Positions 8,229-17,469 of a stretch of DNA of 64,000 nucleotides are shown here, in pieces (position 1 is the first letter of the stretch; the number at the start of each line of letters is the position of its first letter). The notes under the pieces are model-generated. The model saw only the letters and a list, made by a program, of their open reading frames with translations. It was not told the origin of the DNA and did not search any database. Origin of the DNA: Candidatus Methylomirabilia bacterium (GTDB taxonomy: Bacteria > Methylomirabilota > Methylomirabilia > Rokubacteriales > CSP1-6). The position numbers and the translations under genes are program-made. Location of the stretch: NCBI GenBank assembly GCA_046758385.1, contig JBHIAB010000001.1, forward strand, positions 2,608-66,607. Reading direction: 5' to 3'.

Positions 8229-8976
8229 GCCGACCAAGTGGGAACATTATGAGTTATGGAGGCGGGTAATCGAAGCCATCCATGCGCTGCCACTTCATTT
8301 CAAGTCAGCGACCGTCATAGAAGGGATGCTCGTCACGGACATATTCACCCTGAACGCTGCACTTGGAGCAACAATAGAAGAGCAGGTCGTGGCCACCCTC
8401 AATGCCCTGCGTCCAGTATGGGATCCGGACAAGAAACTTCAGACTTTTGGCTTCGTGAGGCAAACGCAGACGTTCCCTGATGTGCTGCTTAGAAGAAAGA
8501 CTGACGGGCAATAGATTCTGATGGGGATCGAACTTAAGGGCTGGTATATGCTCGCGAAGGAAGGCGAACCGAGCTTCAGATTCACGGTTAACGCGAACGC
8601 ATGCAATCCCTGGGATTTGATCGTCGTCGTTCCGTGGGTTCTCTCAAATGTTTTGTCCGGCTCGCCCGTCGTCCATCCGGTATTCATTGACCTTACCCGG
8701 TATACTGCTGAGCAGCGGAACTATTATTGGCAATACGAGCGCGAAGCTAAGGGCGACCTCGGCGTAATCCTTGCGGAAGGTGCCACCACCTATCCCGTCA
8801 AGAGCGACAAGATTTCCGACAAGGCCAAGCATGATCCGAGCAGCAACTTTGGCCGACTGGCTCGGTACGGCATCATGGAAGCGTTCGTCAAAGCCACGAT
8901 GAATACGCCTGTTCGAGGCTTGCCAGCCCATCAATGGTTGGCATTTTTCAAGCGCGGGATCAAAGAACCCGATTGA
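8197..8976 (+). pseudogene. PD-(D/E)xK restriction-endonuclease-like gene interrupted by an in-frame TAG (8512-8514); fragments 8197..8514 and 8521..8976
   Basis: Both ORFs are in the same frame. Upstream fragment ends ...QTFPDVLLRRKTDGQ*. Downstream fragment begins (IL)MGIELKGWYM..., so the stop falls exactly between the PD and ExK catalytic elements (PD-x15-ELK). The gene sits directly downstream of the MTase. Confidence 0.5.
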
Positions 8977-9001
8977 AAATAGCCCAGTACCTAGCGCTTT
9001 A

Positions 9002-9295
9002 TCATAAAGACTGTCGCCCGCGCGGCGTGGTAAGCTCCATAGTATGCACGGGATACGGCGCCGCGCCGCGCCGCACCAACGGGTCCTTGCTCTTAGCGAG
9101 GACTCTCGCGGCTTTGATGAAACCCGTGGCCAGGGCGAATCTGTCCCTGACTATGCTGGTAACTGCGCGCTCTAACCACCTTGCATCCAACGTCTCCACA
9201 TCCGTCAGCGAACGCAGCAGGGCACACTGGGACGACGAGAGTTTCTCGAGCAGCTTCTTGGAAGCGTCCGCCGGCATGCCGCGGCCGATTGTCAC
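9002..9295 (-). CDS. hypothetical protein (97 aa), lower-GC, overlaps lolA stop
   Basis: ORF only; no recognisable domain. 4-bp overlap with lolA suggests co-transcription. Confidence 0.3.
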   Translation of the reverse strand: MTIGRGMPADASKKLLEKLSSSQCALLRSLTDVETLDARWLERAVTSIVRDRFALATGFIKAARVLAKSKDPLVRRGAAPYPVHTMELTTPRGRQSL

Positions 9296-9966
9296 CGACC
9301 CGGATCGAGGGGGACCACGGCCACACCTGGCGGCGGTGTGAAGACGAAGAGCTCATCACCCAGTGTCGGGTTGACCCCGATCTCGGTGAACTGCATGGTC
9401 ACGGTGTTGTCGAACTGGTCGTAGAGCACGGCCTTCCGCACCAGGTACTGCTCTCGGTCCACGGAGAGGATGAGGCGCGTGAGCACCGCGGTGGGCACCT
9501 TCGGCCTCAGGTCGATCAGCGGGTTCCCCGCCTGGTCCACCTTGAGCGGGTTCAAGAAGCGGACCGTGAACTCCTCCCGGACGCGCCCCAGTCCCGCCAG
9601 GAAACTTCCCGCGGGACCCGCGAGGGCCCGCGGCGCATCGCCTACGTTCACCTGATTCAGCTCCGGCGTGTACACCCAGATCGAGGTCCCGTCGGAGACA
9701 ATCTGCTGAGGCGAGGGAGTCTGGTACTCCCACCGCATCCTCCCCGGCTTCTTCAAATAGACGACCCCCTCGGCCTCGATGGTCTGCCCGAAGCTCTTGT
9801 TGAAGGCACTCTGGACGAACTCGGCGCGAAGGGTAGTGATCCGCGCATAGGTCGACTCGAGCCTGGCCACCACCCCATCGAGCGTGAGCGCCGAGGCGAG
9901 GCTGGGGAAAAAGATCAGGACGAGACCAATGACAGCTCGGCCAAGAGGTGCACTGGCTCTCCTCAT
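9292..9966 (-). CDS. lolA: outer-membrane lipoprotein carrier protein LolA
   Basis: 224 aa. Signal peptide, then LolA-like core (KKPGRMRWEYQTPSPQQIVSDGTSIWVYTPELNQV). Confidence 0.7.
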   Translation of the reverse strand: MRRASAPLGRAVIGLVLIFFPSLASALTLDGVVARLESTYARITTLRAEFVQSAFNKSFGQTIEAEGVVYLKKPGRMRWEYQTPSPQQIVSDGTSIWVYTPELNQVNVGDAPRALAGPAGSFLAGLGRVREEFTVRFLNPLKVDQAGNPLIDLRPKVPTAVLTRLILSVDREQYLVRKAVLYDQFDNTVTMQFTEIGVNPTLGDELFVFTPPPGVAVVPLDPGR

Positions 9967-9970
9967 ATGC

Positions 9971-12130
9971 CTAGAGACTGCGGCCCTGCCCGAGCCTGTT
10001 GAGATAGTCGACGCCGACCAGCACCTCGCGGGGCTTGGCGCCGTCGCCGGGGCCGATGATGCGGTCCTGCTCCATCATGTCGATAAAGCGCGCCGCCTTG
10101 GGGTAGCCCAGGCGCAGCCGGCGCTGGAGGAAGGAGATGGAGGCCTGCCGCTGCGCGATCACCAGCTGGACGGCATCCCAGTACATCTCGTCTCGCTCCG
10201 TGCCCTCCCCACCTCCGACCCTCCGCTCCTCGCGGCCAAGCTCAACCTCCTCGTACACCGCCGCCCCCTGCGTGCGGAGAAAGTCGCAGACCGACTGGAC
10301 TTCTTCCTCGGAGACCCAGGCGCCGTGGATCCGGAGCTGACGAGTGGCGCCGGGCGGCACGAAGATCATGTCGCCACGCCCCAGGAGCTGCTCGGCGCCG
10401 TTCGAGTCCAGGATGGTGCGAGAGTCCACCTTGGAGACCACCTGAAAGGCGATCCGCGCGGGGAAATTGGCCTTGATGAGGCCGGTGACCACATCGACGG
10501 ACGGCCGCTGGGTCGCGACGATCAAGTGGATTCCCACGGCCCGGGCGATCTGTGCCAGGCGCACCAGAGAGTGCTGCACCTCCCCCGCCGAGGCCATCAT
10601 GAGGTCTGCCAGCTCATCCACGACCACCACCCAATACGGAAGCCGCTCCGGCGGCTCGACCTCTCGGTTGTAGCTCTCGATGCCGCGGGCGCGACGCCCC
10701 GCCAGGAGGCCGTACCGCTCGTCCATCTTGGCCACGATCCAGCGAAGGCGCGCCGAGGCCTCCCGGGCGTCCGTGACCACCGGTGCCATCAGGTGGGGGG
10801 TCCCTTCGTAGACGCCAAGCTCCAGCCGCTTGGGGTCGATCATCAAGAAGCGCACCTCAGCCGGCGTGGCCTTGAAGAGGATCGAGCAGATCATGGCGTT
10901 GATGCTCACCGACTTCCCCGTCCCGGTCGCGCCGGCGATCAGGAGGTGCGGCATTGTCGTGAGGTCCGTCACGTACGGTTGCCCTGTGATGTCTTTCCCC
11001 AGACCCAACGGGAGCCTCCCTCTGGCCTCCACGAACTCGGTCGAGGTCATGACCTCTCGGAGGTAGACCGTGGCCGGCGCCGGGTTCGGAACCTCGACCC
11101 CCACCGTCCCGCGCCGCGGGATGGGCCCGACCACGCGCACGGCCGCAGCTTTCATCCCCAGAGCCAGGTCGTCGGCGAGGTTCACGACCTGGTTCACCTT
11201 GATCCCCGGGGCTGGCTCGAACTCATAGGCCGTGATGACAGGCCCGGGGTTCACCTGGACGATGCGCCCCTCCACGCCGAAGTCTTCGAGCTTCTTCGTG
11301 AGGACCTCGGCGTTCGCCTGTAGCTCCTCCCGGCTCCACTTGAGCTCGGTGAGGACCGGGGCCTTCAACAGCGCCACGGACGGGAGCTGAAAGGCGGATC
11401 CCTGCCCGTCGCCAAACTCGAACGTTTCCTTCCAGGTGAGCTCCCTAGCAGGCGCGGCCCCGTCAGGTCTCACCGGTCCCGCTCCGAGGGCAGGAAGAGG
11501 CTCAGGGGAAGCTGCCGGCTCGGCGATCCGAGCCGGGGCGACAAGGGGGGGCTCCGTCGGGACCGCCTGAGACACTGCCCGGGGCGCTCTCTTTCCGAAC
11601 AGCCGGCCAAGCCTGGCCCTCAGGCTCCGGGAAAGGATCGCGTACGGAACCTGGGTCAAGCAGAGAAGCCCCACGGGGATCAGGGTCACCAGCAGCAAGA
11701 CCGTGCCGACCTCGCCCACCGTGCGGTCCAGAAGCCTCACCAGGCTCCAGCCCACTATGCCTCCGCCCAAGGCGGGAGACTCCTCAACGGCGGGGGCGGC
11801 CCACCCCATGAGCCCGGTGACGCTGGCGAGAAGGAGGACGAAGCCGACGATACCAGAAAGCCCGGTGGCCAGGCGCAGACGGAAGAACGCGGTCAGCCCG
11901 AAGTGGATCAGGCCCAGAGGGAATAGATAGCTGGCGTAGCCGAAGGCCCAGAAGAACGCCCAGCTCAGCCAGATCCCGACCATCCCGACCGGGCTCAACT
12001 GATCGGCTGGGGGAAGGGAGGGATCGAAGGTGGCCAGAGCGAACATCCAGAACCCGGCAAGGGCCAGGGCCAGGATTGCCTTCACCTCCTTCTGCCACCG
12101 GGGGGCTCGTTGTCCGCTCTTCTTCTTCAT
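9971..12130 (-). CDS. ftsK: DNA translocase FtsK/SpoIIIE
   Basis: 719 aa. N-terminal TM helices, Pro-rich linker, motor domain with Walker A GATGTGKS and Walker B VVVVDELADLM, C-terminal gamma winged-helix. Confidence 0.85.
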   Translation of the reverse strand: MKKKSGQRAPRWQKEVKAILALALAGFWMFALATFDPSLPPADQLSPVGMVGIWLSWAFFWAFGYASYLFPLGLIHFGLTAFFRLRLATGLSGIVGFVLLLASVTGLMGWAAPAVEESPALGGGIVGWSLVRLLDRTVGEVGTVLLLVTLIPVGLLCLTQVPYAILSRSLRARLGRLFGKRAPRAVSQAVPTEPPLVAPARIAEPAASPEPLPALGAGPVRPDGAAPARELTWKETFEFGDGQGSAFQLPSVALLKAPVLTELKWSREELQANAEVLTKKLEDFGVEGRIVQVNPGPVITAYEFEPAPGIKVNQVVNLADDLALGMKAAAVRVVGPIPRRGTVGVEVPNPAPATVYLREVMTSTEFVEARGRLPLGLGKDITGQPYVTDLTTMPHLLIAGATGTGKSVSINAMICSILFKATPAEVRFLMIDPKRLELGVYEGTPHLMAPVVTDAREASARLRWIVAKMDERYGLLAGRRARGIESYNREVEPPERLPYWVVVVDELADLMMASAGEVQHSLVRLAQIARAVGIHLIVATQRPSVDVVTGLIKANFPARIAFQVVSKVDSRTILDSNGAEQLLGRGDMIFVPPGATRQLRIHGAWVSEEEVQSVCDFLRTQGAAVYEEVELGREERRVGGGEGTERDEMYWDAVQLVIAQRQASISFLQRRLRLGYPKAARFIDMMEQDRIIGPGDGAKPREVLVGVDYLNRLGQGRSL

Positions 12131-12139
12131 GCCTCCCTA

Positions 12140-13852
12140 TCACACCTCCAAGATAATTGGGAGGACGATGGGCTTGCGCTGAAAACGTTGGTTGATGAAC
12201 CGGCGAACCGTGCTCCTCACCAGCGACCCCAGGAGCGCTCCGTCAACCGGAGCTTCCGGATCGCACTCGGCGAGGGCCCCACGGATCGCCGCCTTGACTT
12301 CCGCCAGGATCTCTTCCGACTCCCTGACATAGACGAAGCCGCGCGAGGCGATCTCAGGGCCGGCCAGGAGCTCCCCACTCTGCCGGTTCACCGTGAGGGC
12401 TACCACCACCATGCCGTCCTGGGCGAGGAGCTGGCGGTCGCGCAGTACCACGGCGCCCACATCCCCAATGCCTTTGCCATCAACAAAGACCCGGCCGGCG
12501 GGGAACCGTCCGAGCAACCGGCCGGAGGTCTTGGTCAACTCCACCCCGAGGCCGTCCTCGATGACGAAGATCCGGTCGCGGAGAAGTCCCACTGACTCGG
12601 CCAAACGGCCGTGGGCGACCAGGTGTCGATACTCCCCGTGAACCGGAATGAAGTATCGCGGCCGCGTCAGATTCAGCATGAGCTTCAGGTCCTCTTGGCA
12701 GGCGTGACCCGACACGTGCACGAAGGCCACATCCTCCCAGAGCACCTCGGCACCCAGGCGAAAGAGCTGATTGATGACCCGGCCCAGCGGCCGCTCGTTG
12801 CCAGGGATGATCCGCGCCGACAGGACCACCAGGTCCCCCTCTTCGACCTGCATGGTCTTGTGCTCCTCGGCAGCCATGAGCGCGATGGCCGAGTTGGGCT
12901 CCCCCTGGCTCCCGGTGGAGAGGAGGACCTGCCGGTGCGGAGGCAGTTCGGCGAGCTCCTCGAGCCCCACCAGCGTGCCTGCCGGTACCCTCAGAGACCC
13001 CAGCTCGGTGGCGATCCGCACGTTCCCCACCATGCTCATGCCGAGCAGGGCGACTTTCCTGCCGAAGCGGGCAGCCAGCTCCAGCACCTGCTGTATCCGG
13101 TGGATGTGGGAAGCGAAGGTCGCGAGGATAATCCGGCGGGGAGCCTTCTCGAAAAGTGTCGCCAGGGATTGCCCCACCTCCGACTCGGAATGGGTGTGAC
13201 CTGGGCGCTCGACGTTGGTGGAATCCGAGAGGAGAGCGAGGACCCCCCGCTCCCCGATCTCAGCGAACTTCTGGTAATCGACAGGCTTGCCGTCGATGGG
13301 TGTGGCGTCGAGCTTGAAATCGCCAGTGTGAACCACCGTCCCCACGGGGGTCTCGATGGCGAGCCCGATGCCGTCCACGATGGAGTGGGTGACGCGGATC
13401 GCCTCGACACGAAAGGAACCCACCTCGATGACCTCGCGCGGCCGGAGGGGGCGGAGGTCAGCCTGCTCCTGGAGCCCGTGCTCGGCGAGCCGATCGGCTA
13501 CGAAGGCCAGCGTCAGGGGAGTCCCATACACGGGGACGTCGACCTGGTGGAGGAGGTAGGGGAGGGCGCCGATGTGGTCCTCGTGCGCGTGGGTGAGGAT
13601 CACGGCGCGAAACGCCCCCTTCTTGCCAATGAGATAGGCGAAGTCAGGGATCACATAGTCGATCCCGAGCATCTCGTCGTCAGGGAACATGAGGCCACAG
13701 TCGAGTGCCAAGAGGTCGTCCTCGAACTCGACGAGCATCATGTTGATCCCGATCTCGCCCAGGCCGCCGAGCGGGATCAGGCGGACCGCAGGCTCGGCGG
13801 GGAACTCCGGGGGGACGAGCTCGGAGCCACTGGTGGCGGTCACGCGGGGCAA
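12140..13852 (-). CDS. rnj: ribonuclease J (metallo-beta-lactamase/beta-CASP RNase)
   Basis: 570 aa. LIPLGGLGEIGINMM...THAHEDHIGALPYL MBL motif. Length and order typical of RNase J. Confidence 0.85.
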   Translation of the reverse strand: MPRVTATSGSELVPPEFPAEPAVRLIPLGGLGEIGINMMLVEFEDDLLALDCGLMFPDDEMLGIDYVIPDFAYLIGKKGAFRAVILTHAHEDHIGALPYLLHQVDVPVYGTPLTLAFVADRLAEHGLQEQADLRPLRPREVIEVGSFRVEAIRVTHSIVDGIGLAIETPVGTVVHTGDFKLDATPIDGKPVDYQKFAEIGERGVLALLSDSTNVERPGHTHSESEVGQSLATLFEKAPRRIILATFASHIHRIQQVLELAARFGRKVALLGMSMVGNVRIATELGSLRVPAGTLVGLEELAELPPHRQVLLSTGSQGEPNSAIALMAAEEHKTMQVEEGDLVVLSARIIPGNERPLGRVINQLFRLGAEVLWEDVAFVHVSGHACQEDLKLMLNLTRPRYFIPVHGEYRHLVAHGRLAESVGLLRDRIFVIEDGLGVELTKTSGRLLGRFPAGRVFVDGKGIGDVGAVVLRDRQLLAQDGMVVVALTVNRQSGELLAGPEIASRGFVYVRESEEILAEVKAAIRGALAECDPEAPVDGALLGSLVRSTVRRFINQRFQRKPIVLPIILEV

Positions 13853-13925
13853 ACTCCTCTCAGAATGGCGATTTTCTTATCTTACCACCGGGGTCGCCGG
13901 GCCCGAGAATTTCGCCTGACAAGGC

Positions 13926-15152
13926 CTAGCCGGGCGCCGGGGGCAGGGGCGCCTCCTGATCCAGGCGCTTGAGAAGGGTGTCTCGCACGCGTACAAACTC
14001 GGCGCGCTGGGGGACGGGGACAGGCTTCCCCGGCACGAACTTCTCCGAGAGCGCATTCACGAACCGCCCGCGCTTCTTGATCCGGTAGTCAAGGTGCGGA
14101 CCGGTCGACAAGCCCGTGGAGCCCACGTAGCCGATGACCTGACCCTGCTTGACGTGCCTCCCCCGCCCGAGCCCCTTCCGCACCCGGGAGAGGTGATTGT
14201 ACATGGTCTCATACCTAGCCCGGTGCTTCATCATCACCGAGATCCCGTAGCCGCCGTTCCAGCCTGCAAACGTGACGACGCCGTCGGCGACGGCGCGGAC
14301 GGGGGTGCCGGCCGGAGCGGCGTAGTCCACGGCGAGGTGCGGCCGGACACCGCCGAGGATCGGGTGGCGGCGTCGAAAGGTGTAGCCCGAAGTGATCCTG
14401 GTGTACTCGAGTGGCGAGCGAAGAAAGCTCTTGCGCATCGAGCGACCCTCGGGGTCGTAGTGGTCAATCCGGCCGTTCTTCGTGGTGAAGGCGAGGCCGC
14501 TCAGCCGCTGGCCCTCGTGCTCGTACTGCGCGATCAAGATATTCCCGTACTCGACGAACGTGTCGTCGGCGTAGCGCTTCTCCACGAGGAGGCGAAAGCG
14601 GTCTCCAGGCCAGGAATCGGCGGCAAAGTCGAAGTCCCAGGAGAAGATCTGAACGAACTTCAAGACCAGCTGGGGGCCTTCTCCGAGCGCATCCATGCTC
14701 TCGAAGAGGGAGGTCTGGATGGTCCCCGTGACCGGCGCCACCCGTACATCCACGGGGATCGAGATCCGGCGGGCGACCCATCGTTCCTGACGCCGCCAGA
14801 CCTCATAGCGATTCCAGGGAGTGGCTTGATACGCGAGACCGAGCACCCTGCCCTGGTCATTCCGGGTGATCTCGATGCTGTCTCCGGGGCGAACCCGAGT
14901 GAAGTCCACGAGGCCCTTGAGCTCGGCAACGACCCGATGGGCCGTGGCGAGATCGAGGCCCTCGCGCAGCAGCACGTCCAGAAACGTGTCACGAGCTTCG
15001 ATCGTCGCCCGGCTGACCGTGGTGGGCGGCAGTGGCGGAGGGTTCACGAGCGGAGAGGGCGAGCCACCGACCAGCAACCCGGACAGGATCGCCAGAAACA
15101 CCGTCCGGGGAAAAATCCGCCGCGAGCGAATCCGCACGAGGTTTTCTAACAC
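13926..15152 (-). CDS. M23-family metallopeptidase (murein DD-endopeptidase-like)
   Basis: 408 aa. N-terminal TM/signal. C-terminal HLAVDYAAPAGTPVRAVADGVV...GSTGLSTGPHLDY M23 motifs. Confidence 0.75.
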   Translation of the reverse strand: MLENLVRIRSRRIFPRTVFLAILSGLLVGGSPSPLVNPPPLPPTTVSRATIEARDTFLDVLLREGLDLATAHRVVAELKGLVDFTRVRPGDSIEITRNDQGRVLGLAYQATPWNRYEVWRRQERWVARRISIPVDVRVAPVTGTIQTSLFESMDALGEGPQLVLKFVQIFSWDFDFAADSWPGDRFRLLVEKRYADDTFVEYGNILIAQYEHEGQRLSGLAFTTKNGRIDHYDPEGRSMRKSFLRSPLEYTRITSGYTFRRRHPILGGVRPHLAVDYAAPAGTPVRAVADGVVTFAGWNGGYGISVMMKHRARYETMYNHLSRVRKGLGRGRHVKQGQVIGYVGSTGLSTGPHLDYRIKKRGRFVNALSEKFVPGKPVPVPQRAEFVRVRDTLLKRLDQEAPLPPAPG

Positions 15153-15157
15153 ACGCC

Positions 15158-15994
15158 CTACTTCCCCACCAAAGTCTTTTCCGCCTCGAACCAGACGGCT
15201 ACTCGGGCGAACTCGTCAAGCGAGAGCGTTTCCGCCCGGCGGCTCGGGTCGATCCCGGCGGCGCCGAGCCCCGTCCGGGCCGCATCCACGGACACGCGAA
15301 GCCCGCCGGCGAGGGCATTGGCCAAGCTTTTCCGACGGTGGCTGAAGGCCGCCTTGACGACCTGATGAAAAAGCGTGTCGTCGGCCAGCGGCACCCGGGG
15401 CGAAGGGAGAACGGTCAGATGGACCACGGCCGACTCGACCTGGGGTGGCGGCCGGAACGCGACCGGGGGGACGATCACGGCCACGCGGACATCGCAGAAG
15501 AGGTGGCAGAAGACCGACAGGGCGGCGTAGCGCTTGGAGCCCGGGCTCGCGGCGATCCGCTCGGCAACCTCCCGCTGAAACATCAGGACCATCTCCGAGA
15601 CGGCCGCCCGAGCATCGAGGAGTCGCGCCAGGATCGGCTTGGCGACGCTGTAGGGGAGGTTGCCCACCACGACGACTCGACCCCTCGGGGCCGGCCGGAG
15701 GGACGGCAACGCGGTGAAGTCGAACCGGCGCACATCGGCACGTCTGAGCTCAACGTGGGAAAACCGCCTGAGCCGCGGGGCCAGGCGGGCGACAAGCGAC
15801 TCGTCGATCTCCAGAGCGAGGAGCCGGCCGGCTCGCGCAGCCAGAAGCTCGGTGAGAGCGCCCTCGCCGGGGCCAATCTCAACGCAGAGGTCATCCTGGC
15901 CGAGACGGGCCAGGTCCACAACGGCCTGGGCAACTTTCCTGTCCCTCAGGAAGTGCTGGCCGAGGGCTCGGCGCCTCCTCACGGGCTCAGGCAT
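15158..15994 (-). CDS. rsmA: 16S rRNA (adenine1518-N6/adenine1519-N6)-dimethyltransferase RsmA/KsgA
   Basis: 278 aa. LGQHFLRD start motif, VEIGPGEGALT SAM motif, VVGNLPY. Confidence 0.85.
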   Translation of the reverse strand: MPEPVRRRRALGQHFLRDRKVAQAVVDLARLGQDDLCVEIGPGEGALTELLAARAGRLLALEIDESLVARLAPRLRRFSHVELRRADVRRFDFTALPSLRPAPRGRVVVVGNLPYSVAKPILARLLDARAAVSEMVLMFQREVAERIAASPGSKRYAALSVFCHLFCDVRVAVIVPPVAFRPPPQVESAVVHLTVLPSPRVPLADDTLFHQVVKAAFSHRRKSLANALAGGLRVSVDAARTGLGAAGIDPSRRAETLSLDEFARVAVWFEAEKTLVGK

Positions 15995-16625
15995 CCCGCT
16001 GCTGCAGGGCCCGGAGGTCGGCCAGCAGCGCCTGGTGCACTTCCTTCACCTGGCGTGCGGTCGCCTCGCGGGAGCCGGAGTTGTCGATGACGTAGTGGGC
16101 CTGCTTCACCTTCTCGGCGAGCGGCATCTGGCTCCGGATCCGGCTCGCCACCTCGTCCTCAGAAACACCGTCTCTCAGGGTCAGCCGTTTCACCTGGGTC
16201 GCCTCGTCACTTACCACGACCACGAGCCGGTCCGTGTTCCTGACACCGCTCGTCTCGACCAGCAACGCCGCATCGAAGATTGCGAGCCCCTCGAACCCTT
16301 CCGCGATCAGCCCCTCCAGAATACCGGCGTAGCGGGCGCGGATCTCGGGGTGGGTGATCTCTTCCAGGCGCTTGCGCTTCCCCGGATCGTCAAACACCAG
16401 GGCGCCCAGCTTCTTCCGGTCGACCAGGCCGTCGGGTTGAAGGATCCCGCGCCCAAACTCGGCCACGATCCGCTCGTACGCAGCCTCGCCCGGCTCCATC
16501 ACTTCCCGCGCCAAGAGGTCGGCATCGATGATCAGACAGCCCAGGTCTCGGAAGAGCCGCGAGACCGTGCTCTTCCCGGTCGCGATCCCCCCCGTCAGGC
16601 CCACCAGAAGGAACTTGCGCTTCAT
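15987..16625 (-). CDS. coaE: dephospho-CoA kinase
   Basis: 212 aa. GLTGGIATGKST P-loop, CoaE-like layout. Confidence 0.8.
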   Translation of the reverse strand: MKRKFLLVGLTGGIATGKSTVSRLFRDLGCLIIDADLLAREVMEPGEAAYERIVAEFGRGILQPDGLVDRKKLGALVFDDPGKRKRLEEITHPEIRARYAGILEGLIAEGFEGLAIFDAALLVETSGVRNTDRLVVVVSDEATQVKRLTLRDGVSEDEVASRIRSQMPLAEKVKQAHYVIDNSGSREATARQVKEVHQALLADLRALQQRDA

Positions 16626-16644
16626 CGGGGCGCCAGAGTTGACC

Positions 16645-17082
16645 TCAATGCTGGGCGTGAGGCTTGCCCTCCTTTCCCTTGGACCGCAAAGACTTCAGCA
16701 TGGGACCAATGTCTCTGAGGAACGCTTCACAGCCTTGAATCTGTTTCTCCACGTACGCCTTGTCGAACTCTGCAAAGGAGACGTAGTCACCTTTCAGGCG
16801 GTCCCGAAAGAGACGGTTATAAAGTTGACCGTGATGTCTGGGCAGTCGGCCCGCTTTGATTATTTCCCGGTTGAAGGCTGCACGAACCCCACTGTGCTTC
16901 TTGAACTTGTGCCCCTCTTCAAGGAGGAGGGCGCTCACAGCATAGAACAAGGCATAGTACGCGCGGTTCACGGCGAGCGCATGATCCCCGGCCGCCAACT
17001 CGCGTCGCGCGGCATTCAGGCTCTCCGCGGCCCTGCTCCACCAATAACGGATCGCCTGCGTTTTGGGGCTTTGGGAGCTCAT
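16645..17082 (-). CDS. HEPN-domain protein (toxin-like partner of MNT)
   Basis: 145 aa. YYALFYAVSALL...KKHSGVRAAF HEPN-type helical core. 4-bp overlap with upstream MNT gene. Confidence 0.65.
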   Translation of the reverse strand: MSSQSPKTQAIRYWWSRAAESLNAARRELAAGDHALAVNRAYYALFYAVSALLLEEGHKFKKHSGVRAAFNREIIKAGRLPRHHGQLYNRLFRDRLKGDYVSFAEFDKAYVEKQIQGCEAFLRDIGPMLKSLRSKGKEGKPHAQH

Positions 17083-17429
17083 AAACGAATGCCCCTCTTT
17101 TCAATTTCCTCGTGAATGGGCATGGCGGAGACCATGCCGTGATCCCAGGTTTGGCGATCGATGATCAGTTCGCTCAGGTTCGCGTCATACTCAAGATTAA
17201 TCTCGAAGATCACCTGCGAGATCTGATCTTCTGTTTGGACGTCAAGACGATCTTTCAGCACGACCAGGATGTCCACATCGGACTCATCATCAGGCCTCCC
17301 CCAGGCAAGGGACCCAAATAGGACGATCCGATCCACCTCAAACCGGGCCTTCAGCCGGTCACGCGCAGCTTCGAGCGCCGCCCGAAGCCCCACATCTAGC
17401 TTCAGGTCCCTGAGACCCTTCCTGGTCAT
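17079..17429 (-). CDS. minimal nucleotidyltransferase (MNT, Pol-beta superfamily; antitoxin-like)
   Basis: 116 aa. LFGSLAWGRPDDESDVDILVV = GS-x9-13-D.D motif. Confidence 0.7.
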   Translation of the reverse strand: MTRKGLRDLKLDVGLRAALEAARDRLKARFEVDRIVLFGSLAWGRPDDESDVDILVVLKDRLDVQTEDQISQVIFEINLEYDANLSELIIDRQTWDHGMVSAMPIHEEIEKRGIRL

Positions 17430-17469
17430 GTTCCCTCCCCTGCGCTATCACGATCACTCTTACTAGGCT

